Positions 9,530-19,549 of a stretch of DNA of 64,000 bases are shown here, piece by piece. The DNA is from an uncultured Gammaproteobacteria bacterium (GTDB lineage: Bacteria; Cyanobacteriota; Vampirovibrionia; 2-02-FULL-35-15): contig CAZRTB010000004.1 of the NCBI GenBank assembly GCA_964602915.1, positions 84,149 to 148,148 on the forward strand. Direction: 5' to 3'. Under the pieces are notes generated by a model. That model worked only from the letters and a program-made list of their open reading frames with translations. It made no database searches and was not told the origin of the DNA. How positions within the stretch are numbered: position 1 is the first letter of the stretch; every line of letters begins with the position of its first letter. Position numbers and translations under genes: made by a program.

Positions 9530-9793
9530 ATGTTAAAAAAAGCCTTAATTCTATCTACTATTTTAAGCATTGGATCAGGTCCCTGCTCTATAGCCACTGT
9601 TAAGTTTATCGATAATAATGAGTGTAATCAAAAAGAATGTTCTAATTTCTGTAATGAAGTAGGACTTGAGCTTATTAGTTGCGAATTTCCTCACTGCATA
9701 GCTGTTTGTGGTCCTCCAGTATATTTAAATGAATCGCAAAATGATTTGCCATCTGAAAAGAAAAAAGATTCAGAGTCTGATGTATCTTTATAA
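9530..9793 (+). CDS. Small secreted Cys-rich peptide (87 aa)
   Basis: Signal-like N-terminus; C-x4-C-x3-C-x9-C-x4-C-x3-C core. Confidence 0.7.
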   Translation: MLKKALILSTILSIGSGPCSIATVKFIDNNECNQKECSNFCNEVGLELISCEFPHCIAVCGPPVYLNESQNDLPSEKKKDSESDVSL

Positions 9794-9945
9794 ATCATTT
9801 ATGGAACTACAATATTACTAAACTACAGCCCCCTAATTTAAATGGGGATAGCCCTAAATTTATTAGCTACTAATCATTTGTTAACAGTAAAACTTTCTGG
9901 GAATAATAGACATTAGTATCAGATTAAATTCAAGGTAGGTGAAAA

Positions 9946-10227
9946 ATGATCAGCCTTTTAAAAGCACTTAAATACATTTTAATTTTCTTCGCAGGGTTAC
10001 TTACTGGTGGAGTAATAGGTGTACTGCTAGCTCCTAAATCAGGTAAAGAAATGAGAGATGACATCGTATCTAAGTCAAATGAATTCACCAATCTCACGAA
10101 AAAGGAATTAGCAAAAATTCATGAGATGGGATATTCAAGAATTGAAAGTCTAACAAAATCAATTTCTAACAAAAGAGAAGACAATACAAGATTAAACGGA
10201 CAATCTGAAATTAGCAGAATTGCATAA
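9946..10227 (+). CDS. YtxH-domain protein
   Basis: GxxxGGVIGVLLAPKSGKEMR motif. Confidence 0.85.
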   Translation: MISLLKALKYILIFFAGLLTGGVIGVLLAPKSGKEMRDDIVSKSNEFTNLTKKELAKIHEMGYSRIESLTKSISNKREDNTRLNGQSEISRIA

Positions 10228-10235
10228 CAGTATTA

Positions 10236-10634
10236 TTAACCATTTAATCCCATAGCATCAGCATTTAATTCACCTTCATTTAAGGTACCTACGGTTTGCC
10301 ATTTAAAAGCCGCTACTTGAAATTGAATAGATTTTCCAAATGTAATCGTATCACCAACAGCTAACTCTGCTTTAGATATTCTCATACCATTTACAAAGGT
10401 TCCATTTGTCGATCTAAGATCTTCCACACAAACAGTTTTTGTATCTTTAGGAGTAATCCTTGCATGCTTTGCACTAACAGAAGAAAAATCTATCTGAAAA
10501 TCATTTTCATCAGTTCTTCCTACCGTTATTTCTCTTTTATCAGGCAACACTATTTCCTGAGCAGGACTTAAAATAGGTTTTTTAAAGGTTGCTGAAGATA
10601 TTGAACTATTAAAAACAGGTTTTAAAACTATCAT
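10236..10634 (-). CDS. FHA-domain protein
   Basis: VGR, VSAKHA, STNGTFVNG FHA motifs. Confidence 0.9.
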   Translation of the reverse strand: MIVLKPVFNSSISSATFKKPILSPAQEIVLPDKREITVGRTDENDFQIDFSSVSAKHARITPKDTKTVCVEDLRSTNGTFVNGMRISKAELAVGDTITFGKSIQFQVAAFKWQTVGTLNEGELNADAMGLNG

Positions 10635-10765
10635 ACATTTTCTTCTTTCTAATTTTAATTAATTTAGTTATTTTACATTAATAGAAAGTCTATGTGTTAA
10701 GAAAAGAATTAATTAATAATAAAAAATCATTCTTAATTAAGACATATAGAATTAATACTTATTTT

Positions 10766-12268
10766 TTACAATTTCAGGTCTACAGTTATAGGGTTATGAT
10801 CAGAGAGTCCACGTGGATAGCATTTATTTAAGGTCTTTAAAGTCCTTCCATTAAATGGAGCAAAGTGCTCACCTATTGGTTTTATAAAGAACCAGTCTAG
10901 TTTAAAATATGCAACAACCCTTGGTTTCTCTAACTTATAAGTACTCTTAAAACCTTTCCAGTGGCGTTGATTTGAATTTGCTAACAGCCCTGCTTTACCA
11001 TTAAAGCTTTTACTTGGCTCACCACGTAAGTCAAATTTATTACCATCAGAGAATCTAAATTTTTTAAGTTGTGCATAAAATTTTCTTTCAGGATTTGGAA
11101 ACACTACAGGGATACTAGGAAAGAATGGATCTTTATACTGAAGTAACTTACTAAATGTAATTGCGGCAAGACCACTAGCTATAGGTAACCCAGGCACAAA
11201 AAATGATCCGGTAAAACGTAAAATAAAGTGAGGATCTCTAATTCTTTTAACCCACTCTTTTTTTGCTGATGTGGGAGCTGTATCTGTTGTAGAAGTATTA
11301 AAGTCACCTGATAAAATTACTGGATTTTTTATATCTTTCATTTGATTTAATAGATATTTAAACTGTTTTAATCTTTTATCTGGAAATGCTCTATCTTCAA
11401 GGTGAGTTGAAACTACTGTAATAATTTTGTCATTTGGAAGTTTAATATCAGCGACTAATGCACTCCTACTTCCATGCCTTACTTCTTTGTATTCAATACG
11501 TTGTGAAAAAATTGCAAAAGCGCCACCACTTCTCACATATTCTAGTGGTGATTTGCGTGGTTTAACTTCTTCCCCATACCAGTCATAGCAATTAGGTATC
11601 CTTATAACTCTAGATGAAACTATAGGATATTTAGAAAGTATTGCATTTCCATGAAGCCCACGATATCTAGAACTATCAATGTTAGTTTTTTGAAATATTG
11701 GACCTAACTCTACGAACTCTGTAGAATAAGCATAGTTCCAACCTAATGAAGAAGCAAAACTAGAGATGATATTTCTATACTGGGTTCTTGGCATACCAAC
11801 GTCAGCTTCATTTACACAGATGATATCTGAACCAGCCAAATTATAAAGTTCAGACTTGAAACTCATTGCATGTCTTTTACTAAACTTAGAAGCATACTGT
11901 TTTTCAAAGCTAGCCGGATCGATAAAGAGATCACTTATCTGAGGAAGATTAATTCCTCTATTAATATTCCAATGAGCAACTCTGATAAAGTTTTTCCCTT
12001 CAAGAGTTGCATCAAATTTTTTATTAACTACAAATGTTTTATTTAAATGCTCATTTAATTTTTTTGCAAGTTCACCTGTTGGCTTAGCTGTCATACTTAG
12101 CTCAACCAAATCCTTATAAAAGAATCCCGTTATTGGATCCCATTCACTATCAACATATATAACATTTTTTTCAACCTTTTCTTTTAGAACAGTTTTTGAA
12201 AATGCCGGAAAGAAAGGGTAAATCAAAAAATTTACTGCCAATAATATAATTGTTAGTTTATTTTTCAT
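10766..12268 (-). CDS. Secreted endonuclease/exonuclease/phosphatase (EEP) family protein
   Basis: HWNI, VNEAD, GNAILSKYP, STHLE, GDFN, LDWFF, SDHNP motifs; signal peptide; ATG at 12268 chosen. Confidence 0.9.
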   Translation of the reverse strand: MKNKLTIILLAVNFLIYPFFPAFSKTVLKEKVEKNVIYVDSEWDPITGFFYKDLVELSMTAKPTGELAKKLNEHLNKTFVVNKKFDATLEGKNFIRVAHWNINRGINLPQISDLFIDPASFEKQYASKFSKRHAMSFKSELYNLAGSDIICVNEADVGMPRTQYRNIISSFASSLGWNYAYSTEFVELGPIFQKTNIDSSRYRGLHGNAILSKYPIVSSRVIRIPNCYDWYGEEVKPRKSPLEYVRSGGAFAIFSQRIEYKEVRHGSRSALVADIKLPNDKIITVVSTHLEDRAFPDKRLKQFKYLLNQMKDIKNPVILSGDFNTSTTDTAPTSAKKEWVKRIRDPHFILRFTGSFFVPGLPIASGLAAITFSKLLQYKDPFFPSIPVVFPNPERKFYAQLKKFRFSDGNKFDLRGEPSKSFNGKAGLLANSNQRHWKGFKSTYKLEKPRVVAYFKLDWFFIKPIGEHFAPFNGRTLKTLNKCYPRGLSDHNPITVDLKL

Positions 12269-12432
12269 TTTCCACACTCAAGAGATCATTATCAATCACA
12301 GATAAATACTTAGTACCTCACAAAACGCTAAGTTAAACAGTTTGTAATATACAGTTTTTATTTTTTGGCTTGGACTTTAAAAATTGATACTTCAATCAAT
12401 ATTTATATAGGTTATATATATGACTTTAGGGG

Positions 12433-13128
12433 CTATTTAATTAGGTATTGTACAGTAACATTAGCAGAGACACTAACATCTCCAGACAAAACCTGTGTTG
12501 GAACCCCTGCATCTGCAGACGCAGTTGGGTAACCCTCTATAAACCTCTTTCCACTGTAACTATCAACATTTATACTTTTGACCCCAATAATTGTAACCCC
12601 TGAAGCTTTAGCTACAGCATCTGCTTTTCTCTTAGCAGAAGAAACGGCCAGCTCAAGAGCAGAAGATTCTAAATCGTCTGTATTTTCTATGCTAAAACTA
12701 ACACCATTTATAGAATAATCCCCTGTTATTGATATAGAATCAATAACTTTTCCCACATCTGACACTTTTCTAATTGTTGCTATTAGCTGATTATTTGCCT
12801 GATAGCCATTAATAGTACCCTCATTATTATTATTATATTTATACAAAGGATAAACACTTATACTACTTGTTTGAATATCCTTTTCAGCAATTCCTGATGA
12901 ACGCAGAGTATCTAAAAGTTTCTGCACAGCTTTAGCATTTTCACTTACAGCATCTGCCGCATTTTTTCCCTTAGTAACAACACCGACGCTTATAGTAGCA
13001 ATATCTGGCTTACCTTTTTCTTCTCCATTACCACCGACAGTTATCGTAGAAACATTACAATCTGTTTGTGCAAAACCCTGAAGGGGATTAAATGTTAATA
13101 ACAAAACTAAAATTATTCTTTTAATCAT
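12433..13128 (-). CDS. SIMPL (DUF541) domain periplasmic protein
   Basis: Signal peptide; ITVGGNG..KPDIATISVGV, EKDIQT, ARxKA-like pattern. Confidence 0.85.
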   Translation of the reverse strand: MIKRIILVLLLTFNPLQGFAQTDCNVSTITVGGNGEEKGKPDIATISVGVVTKGKNAADAVSENAKAVQKLLDTLRSSGIAEKDIQTSSISVYPLYKYNNNNEGTINGYQANNQLIATIRKVSDVGKVIDSISITGDYSINGVSFSIENTDDLESSALELAVSSAKRKADAVAKASGVTIIGVKSINVDSYSGKRFIEGYPTASADAGVPTQVLSGDVSVSANVTVQYLIK

Positions 13129-13284
13129 ATATTCTTCAATCTCAGTAATTAAATTATATCAACCATATTAACGAGACTGCGTAAAGACACACAAATGAGG
13201 AAATAAACTGTTTTAAATTACAATAAGCAAAAGTTATTATGTTAAATTATAAAACTGTAAGTTAGTTTTTATGAGGGTTTTAAA

Positions 13285-13623
13285 ATGAACAAGTATATTT
13301 TAAGTATTTTAGTATTGTTTGCAGTCACATTAAATTTATCAACCAGTGCACATGGAGGAACACACGAAGCAAGTGGTGCCATCTGCAAATTAGGCACCAG
13401 ATCATGCGTTAATCTTATAAAAGCAACATCTGCAGATGAGCTTTCACCTCAAACACTAGAAAGTTGCATATCTTGTTGCAGTACATCGAACTCTACAGTA
13501 TCAATGGCAACTAATAAAGTTGATTTTTGTGGTAGAAGCTGTAAGAATGCATGTAAAAAAGAGTACAAGAGAAAAGGTGGTCCTAAGCCATCACCTACTC
13601 CAACAGCATCTCCAGAGAGCTAA
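13285..13623 (+). CDS. Small secreted 8-Cys protein (112 aa)
   Basis: Signal peptide (ASA/H); ICKLGTRSC..CISCC..CGRSCKNAC; Pro-rich tail; GAGG SD. Confidence 0.85.
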   Translation: MNKYILSILVLFAVTLNLSTSAHGGTHEASGAICKLGTRSCVNLIKATSADELSPQTLESCISCCSTSNSTVSMATNKVDFCGRSCKNACKKEYKRKGGPKPSPTPTASPES

Positions 13624-13634
13624 AAACACTAGTA

Positions 13635-13958
13635 TTAACTCTTAATATTAATATTTATTCTTCTATTGTTTATAATCAATTCTAAATCACTTAGTATTGA
13701 TCTGACATCAATTTGCAAGTTATTAATTTCATTTCCTAAAAGAGATTTTTTAGACCGTTCAAACATTTTTTCAGCTCCAGCAGTCCTACCCTGCTCAACC
13801 AGGTAAAATCCTACGGAAAGCTGAATAATCCCCTGAATTAGTTTTTTATTACTATCAGAATCAGCAAGATCTCTCCAGAGCTCCTCCAAAACATCATGTG
13901 CTAAGTGATATTGAGATGAATTGAAAAGTTCTATTCCTTTTTGTAATCTTGTATCCAT
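13635..13958 (-). CDS. DUF309 family protein
   Basis: GIELFN..YHLAHDVLEELW..QGIIQLSVG motif. Confidence 0.85.
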   Translation of the reverse strand: MDTRLQKGIELFNSSQYHLAHDVLEELWRDLADSDSNKKLIQGIIQLSVGFYLVEQGRTAGAEKMFERSKKSLLGNEINNLQIDVRSILSDLELIINNRRININIKS

Positions 13959-13995
13959 AAGGTATAAAATTTAGTATATTATTTACCTATCAATT

Positions 13996-14844
13996 ATGAT
14001 AAAAAAATCACTAATAACATCTATCATTCTTTTAATTTTATCTGGATTCTTATTAAATAAGTTATATGCAAGAACATATATTCATACAACTATTAGGGAA
14101 AAATTTATTAGCTATTGTATTTTTGTACCTGATAAAGAGATTAAAGAAACTCCTAAAGACTATGGACTTAAATATGAAGAGGTCTGGATCCCAATGCCAG
14201 GTCAAGACAATCTTTATGGCTGGTTTATTCCAGGGAAAAGATATCCTGATAAATATATTATTTATTTACATGGAACGAAAGGAAATATTGGATTATATTT
14301 AGGAGGCATTAAAAAACTATATGAAGTAGGTGCAAATATTTTAATTCTTGATTATAGAGGATTTGGAAGAAGCAAAGGAAAAGAATTAATCAAAAATACT
14401 ATAGAAGATTCACTAGCAATGTATGATTATTTAATTAACGTAAAGAAAGCTAAGCCTGAGAATATAAACCTATTTGGCTATTCTTATGGTGGTGCTATGG
14501 CTACAGAGCTTGCTTTAAAAAGAAAAGTTCATGCAATTTTACTTGAATCAACATTCTCTTCATTTTTTGAAATTGCCCTTTCAAAACATCCACCATTTGT
14601 TAGATTTATTGTTTCTGAAGCTTTATTAAATTCAAAAGAAAATTTAAAAAAATTAAAAATACCGGTAATTATTGCTTATGCTGAAAAAGATCAGATAATC
14701 CCTACTATAAACAGTAAAAGACTTTACAATGTTGCAAACGAACCTAAATATCTTTATAAAATTAAAAATGCTATGCACCATGATATTTTTAAATATGTCT
14801 CAAATGATTACATTGAACTAATCAGAAAAGTATTCATGGGATAA
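13996..14844 (+). CDS. Alpha/beta hydrolase with N-terminal membrane anchor
   Basis: YLHG, DYRGFG, GYSYGG nucleophile elbow, D and H near C-terminus. Confidence 0.9.
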   Translation: MIKKSLITSIILLILSGFLLNKLYARTYIHTTIREKFISYCIFVPDKEIKETPKDYGLKYEEVWIPMPGQDNLYGWFIPGKRYPDKYIIYLHGTKGNIGLYLGGIKKLYEVGANILILDYRGFGRSKGKELIKNTIEDSLAMYDYLINVKKAKPENINLFGYSYGGAMATELALKRKVHAILLESTFSSFFEIALSKHPPFVRFIVSEALLNSKENLKKLKIPVIIAYAEKDQIIPTINSKRLYNVANEPKYLYKIKNAMHHDIFKYVSNDYIELIRKVFMG

Positions 14845-14942
14845 TCTAGTATTTCACTAAGATTAAAAAGACTTCTATACTTATTAGCCAAATATTATAT
14901 TGTTATAATACTGATGATAAATTTCTAAATAGAGGGATAAAA

Positions 14943-15776
14943 ATGAAAATCACAAAAGCAGTACTACTTTCAACATTAATTACATTGACTTTTTTAACTG
15001 GCTGTGCAAAAAAGCAAATTACTCAAGAACAACTAACACAATGGAACACACTAAATAGGCAAGCTTTAAGTTATTACCAGGTTGGAAGATTTAGTGAAGC
15101 TACAACATTTGCAAACCAATCAGCAGAATATGCAAAAAAGAATTTTGGCGGAAATGATTTTCGTACTGCAATTTCATTAAGTAACTTAGGTGAGCTTTAT
15201 AGGATTCAAAACAAATACGATCAAGCAGAGCCACTATTAAAAAAAGCATTAAAAATTGATGAGAGATATGAAAAAGAGAATATTTCCATTGCTAAAGATT
15301 TAAACAACTTAGCCGTACTATACAGAGCACAAGGTAAATATTCTGAAGCAGAACAGCTTTTACTCAGAGCTTTAAAAATTAGAAAAGCAAAATTAGGTGA
15401 AGATCATCAGGAAGTAGCAATTACACTAAACAATCTTGCTATTTTATATAGAGCAAAAGGAGAATTTCCAAAAGCAGAAGCTCTCCTTAAAGAATCACTT
15501 ACAATTAAAGAAAAAAAACTAGGTAAAGATCATCCAGATATTGCCTTATCATTAAATAACCTTGCAGAACTTTACAAATCCGAGAAGAAATATAAAGAAT
15601 CAGAAGAGCTTTTCAAAAGAGCAATTTCTCTTCTTGAAAAATCACTTGGCAAAAGGCATCCTAATGTTATTACATTAAAGAGAAACCTATCTGACCTCTA
15701 CAAAGACATGGGTAAAACAGCTGATGCTAAAAAGCTGGATCAAGAAACAACAACAGCCTTAGTTAAAAAGAAGTAA
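14943..15776 (+). CDS. TPR-repeat lipoprotein
   Basis: Lipobox LTGC; repeated SLNNLAxLY..G.Y..AE.L 42-aa TPR units. Confidence 0.9.
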   Translation: MKITKAVLLSTLITLTFLTGCAKKQITQEQLTQWNTLNRQALSYYQVGRFSEATTFANQSAEYAKKNFGGNDFRTAISLSNLGELYRIQNKYDQAEPLLKKALKIDERYEKENISIAKDLNNLAVLYRAQGKYSEAEQLLLRALKIRKAKLGEDHQEVAITLNNLAILYRAKGEFPKAEALLKESLTIKEKKLGKDHPDIALSLNNLAELYKSEKKYKESEELFKRAISLLEKSLGKRHPNVITLKRNLSDLYKDMGKTADAKKLDQETTTALVKKK

Positions 15777-15865
15777 ATCAATAATAAAGCCAAATATAAA
15801 ATTCTCATAAAGTTTTCGTACTTTTTGAGCCTTATACGTCATTATTATTCTGTTATTATAAAAAT

Positions 15866-17680
15866 ATGAATTCAAAAATTAGAAATATAGCAATCATTGC
15901 ACACGTTGATCACGGTAAGACTACATTAGTTGATGCCATCTTAAAACACACAGGTGCGTTTAGAGCAAATCAAGAAGTAGAAGCATGTGTAATGGATTCT
16001 AACGATCTTGAGCGTGAAAGAGGAATTACAATCCTTGCTAAAAATACTGCTGTAAATTATGAGGATTATCTTATAAACATCGTTGATACTCCAGGTCACG
16101 CTGATTTTGGAGGAGAAGTTGAACGTGTTCTTGGAATGGTAGACGGTTGCCTCTTAATAGTAGATGCTTTTGAAGGAGTTAAACCTCAAACAAGATTTGT
16201 TTTAAGAAAAGCTCTGGAAAAAGGACTTAGACCAATATTGGTTTTAAACAAAATAGACAGGCAAAACACCACCCCAAATAAAGTTATAGACCAGGTTTTA
16301 GATTTATTTATTGAATTAGGCGCAGATGATAATCAAGCAGAATTCCCTATTGTTTATTGTAGTGGGATAAAGGGAATGGCAAAATTAAAATTAGAAGACC
16401 CTGATGGAGACATAAAGCCTCTCTTAAATATGATTATTCACCATGTACCACCACCACTTGGAGATGCAGAGAAACCATTTCAGTTTCAAGTAACTAGCAT
16501 TGACTATAATGACTTCCTTGGAAGAATTTTAATAGGAAGAATCCACAATGGTTCCATTAAAACTGGTGAACAAGTCTCATTAATTAAATCAGATGGCACA
16601 ATAACAAAAGAGAAAGTCTACAAACTCTTTAGTTTTGAAAATTTAAAAAGAGTAGAAATTGAATCAGCAACTGCAGGAATGATAGTAGCAATGAGCGGAC
16701 TTCCAGATGCTACCATAGGAGAAACAGTAGCCTGCTCAGACAATCCTTCAGCATTAGGACTTATTAAAATTGATGAGCCTACCATGCAAATGATTTTTTC
16801 AGTAAATGATAGTCCATTTGCTGGGAAAGAAGGGAAATTTGTCACTTCAAGACAAATCAGAGAAAGACTTTTTAAAGAATTAGAATCAAATGTTGCACTT
16901 AGAGTAGATGACTCTGGTTCTTCCGGGGATAAATTCCTAGTCAGCGGAAGAGGTGAATTACATCTGGGAATTTTAATAGAAACAATGAGAAGAGAAGGAT
17001 TTGAATTCCAAGTCAGCAAACCTCAAGTAATTTATAAAACTATTGATGGTAAAACATATGAACCATATGAGTCACTTGTCCTTGATGTACCAGATGAAGC
17101 CACAGGTTCATGCATTGAAGCAATGGGCAAAAGAAAAGGTGAACTTAAGAACATGCATTCAGACAACAATATGACTGTTCTGGAATTTGAAGTACCTACA
17201 CGTGGATTGATCGGGTACAGAGGTGAGTTTATTAGACAAACTAAAGGTCGTGGAATCATGAATCATAGTTTTTTTGAATACAGACCTTATGCTGGTGATA
17301 TAAATAAAATTAGAAACGGTGTCCTAATTGCATTTGAATCTGGAAGTAGCACCCCTTACGCTATATTAAACGCACTTGATCGTGGGGAATTTTTTATTCA
17401 GCCAGGCACAGAAGTTTATTTAGGAATGATTGTGGGCGAGCATAATAAGCAACAGGATCTTGAAGTAAATGTTTGTAAGACTAAAAAGCTAACAAACATG
17501 CGCTCTGCCGGAGCTGAAGTCTTAGAAACTCTTCCTCCACCAAAAAACATGCATCTTGAAGAAGCCCTAGAATACATTAATAATGATGAGCTTGTAGAAA
17601 TCACACCAAAATCAATTAGACTCAGGAAAGCTATTCTTGACCCGAATAAAAGAAAAGCCGCCAGCAAACAAATGGCATAG
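15866..17680 (+). CDS. typA: Translational GTPase TypA/BipA
   Basis: AHVDHGKTT, DTPGHADFGGEVER, NKID, GRGELHL, ELVEITPKSIRLRK. Confidence 0.98.
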   Translation: MNSKIRNIAIIAHVDHGKTTLVDAILKHTGAFRANQEVEACVMDSNDLERERGITILAKNTAVNYEDYLINIVDTPGHADFGGEVERVLGMVDGCLLIVDAFEGVKPQTRFVLRKALEKGLRPILVLNKIDRQNTTPNKVIDQVLDLFIELGADDNQAEFPIVYCSGIKGMAKLKLEDPDGDIKPLLNMIIHHVPPPLGDAEKPFQFQVTSIDYNDFLGRILIGRIHNGSIKTGEQVSLIKSDGTITKEKVYKLFSFENLKRVEIESATAGMIVAMSGLPDATIGETVACSDNPSALGLIKIDEPTMQMIFSVNDSPFAGKEGKFVTSRQIRERLFKELESNVALRVDDSGSSGDKFLVSGRGELHLGILIETMRREGFEFQVSKPQVIYKTIDGKTYEPYESLVLDVPDEATGSCIEAMGKRKGELKNMHSDNNMTVLEFEVPTRGLIGYRGEFIRQTKGRGIMNHSFFEYRPYAGDINKIRNGVLIAFESGSSTPYAILNALDRGEFFIQPGTEVYLGMIVGEHNKQQDLEVNVCKTKKLTNMRSAGAEVLETLPPPKNMHLEEALEYINNDELVEITPKSIRLRKAILDPNKRKAASKQMA

Positions 17681-17697
17681 ATAGTTAAGTTAAAGAA

Positions 17698-18375
17698 TTA
17701 AAATATTTTTGACAGTTCTAAAACAAAACCATTATCACCATTAGCTTTGTTATTATGGATTTGGTAACCTGCATATAAAGTATAGTTTTTCCCTAAATAA
17801 TATGAAAATCCAGGTATTAGAAATCCATTGGCATGCTTGCCTGAAAAATAATCCATAATTAAACTAAATCTTTTTGTAATAGGCTGTTCAACTCCTGCAA
17901 TATAACTAACAAAATCTCTACCAAGAACACTAGTGGTACCCACAAAGACTCCAGAAGTAATTCTAGTATTTAGTTTTGGAATTCTTGTACTTAAATGAGA
18001 GTATGCATAACCACCAACACCTTTACCCCTAAGCGAAATAGGCAAAAGCGTTCCATAAGTTAATTTTGTTTCACTTTTTTTATGCAGATTTATAAAGCTT
18101 TTAAAACCTATTCCTAAAACTTCATTTGCAACATTGTTTGTACCAATACCTAAAAGAGTTACATCAATCTCAGTATTTTTACCTATACCAAATGCACCAT
18201 ATTCAGTTTGAAGAGCAAATTTATTCGAGAACTGACTTTCATGTTGTACGAAAATCCTCCCTTTTGGAGTAACATCAGCAGAAGGAACATTAAAAATAGT
18301 TTGTTGTGCAAAACATGTACTAACGTTTATGAATAATGTAAAAAGAATAAAAGAAAGCCTGATTATCAATTTCAA
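17698..18375 (-). CDS. Putative outer-membrane beta-barrel protein
   Basis: Signal peptide (CFA/Q), alternating amphipathic strands, terminal Phe (LELSKIF). Confidence 0.65.
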   Translation of the reverse strand: MKLIIRLSFILFTLFINVSTCFAQQTIFNVPSADVTPKGRIFVQHESQFSNKFALQTEYGAFGIGKNTEIDVTLLGIGTNNVANEVLGIGFKSFINLHKKSETKLTYGTLLPISLRGKGVGGYAYSHLSTRIPKLNTRITSGVFVGTTSVLGRDFVSYIAGVEQPITKRFSLIMDYFSGKHANGFLIPGFSYYLGKNYTLYAGYQIHNNKANGDNGFVLELSKIF

Positions 18376-18446
18376 ATCTCTTACCTCAAACTTATATCAT
18401 CTATATTGTATACTGTATTTGAATTATTTATAGAAGGAGATTCACA

Positions 18447-19460
18447 ATGTATCTTGTAGGCGATATTGGTGGTACAAAAACAAACATAGCAGTCCTAGAC
18501 TACTCCGACAAAAAGTTTAAATCTATATTTGAAAACAGTTTTCTAAGCAAAGATTATGACAGTTTAAGAACAATTGTAAAAAAAGTTTTTGAAGAAGATC
18601 TTAAAGGTAAATTTAATATTTCTAAAGCATGCTTTGGAGTTGCAGGTCCTGTGAAGAATGGAAAATGTGATGCGACAAATTTGCCATGGCTAGTTGATGC
18701 TAAAAAAATTGCAGAAGTATTAAGTTTAAACCCTTCAGATGTTTTTCTCTTAAATGACCTTGAAGCCGCCGCTTATGGAATTGAATGTCTTGAAGATAAA
18801 GATCTTTTTATCTTAAATAAAGGTGATGAACAAAAAGGTGGCACTAGATGTTTAATCAGTGCAGGAACAGGACTTGGCGAGTCTATCATGGTATTTGATG
18901 GAAAAAATTATCGCCCTATTCCTAGTGAAGGTGGACACACAGATTTTGCTCCAAGAAATAAAATTGAAATGGATTTGCTAGAAAATCTGATGGATAAATA
19001 CGGCAGAATAAGCTATGAAAGAGTACTTTCTGGTCCTGGCTTAGCAAATACATATGAGTTTTTCAAAAAAACATCCTATCAGGATATTTCAGCATGGCTC
19101 TCTGAAAGAATAAAACAAGAAGATCCTTCAGCTGTAATTTCAGAAGTAGGCATGTCAAAAAAAGATGAAGCTTGTGAAAAAGCACTTGATTTATTTGTAT
19201 CAGTTTATGGAGCTGAAGCAGGGAATCTTGCACTTAAATCCTTGTCTACAGGTGGAGTTTATATAGGTGGAGGAATAGCACCAAAAATTATAGACAAAAT
19301 TAAAGAAGGTGCATTTATGCAAGCTTTTACAAATAAAGGACGTTTATCAGTAATGATTTCACAAATGCCTGTAAAAGTCATACTAAATCCAAAACATCCT
19401 GTTATTGGCTGTGGAAATTTCTTAAATATGCAATCCAGTAAACAAACTGTAACTGTATAG
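18447..19460 (+). CDS. glk: Glucokinase (Glk family)
   Basis: GDIGGTKT, LNDL, GTGLG, SEGGH, ERVLSGPGL, GGIAPKI. Confidence 0.93.
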   Translation: MYLVGDIGGTKTNIAVLDYSDKKFKSIFENSFLSKDYDSLRTIVKKVFEEDLKGKFNISKACFGVAGPVKNGKCDATNLPWLVDAKKIAEVLSLNPSDVFLLNDLEAAAYGIECLEDKDLFILNKGDEQKGGTRCLISAGTGLGESIMVFDGKNYRPIPSEGGHTDFAPRNKIEMDLLENLMDKYGRISYERVLSGPGLANTYEFFKKTSYQDISAWLSERIKQEDPSAVISEVGMSKKDEACEKALDLFVSVYGAEAGNLALKSLSTGGVYIGGGIAPKIIDKIKEGAFMQAFTNKGRLSVMISQMPVKVILNPKHPVIGCGNFLNMQSSKQTVTV

Positions 19461-19549
19461 ATAGTCATTAAAATTAAATTTTTCTAACAATATTTTATTA
19501 ACTCTTTCCATGTGGTAACTTAGTTTAAGATTTTACACAGGAGATATTT

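Noticed and set aside
9824-9870. CCCC-N10-GGGG hairpin with partial repeat, reminiscent of IS200/REP ends
   Set aside because: Weak stem, single occurrence, no transposase nearby
13220-13247. dif-like site (exact XerD arm TTATGTTAAAT at 13237-13247)
   Set aside because: The XerC arm (ACAATAAGCAA) does not match; this AT-rich 11-mer is plausible by chance and lies in a promoter region
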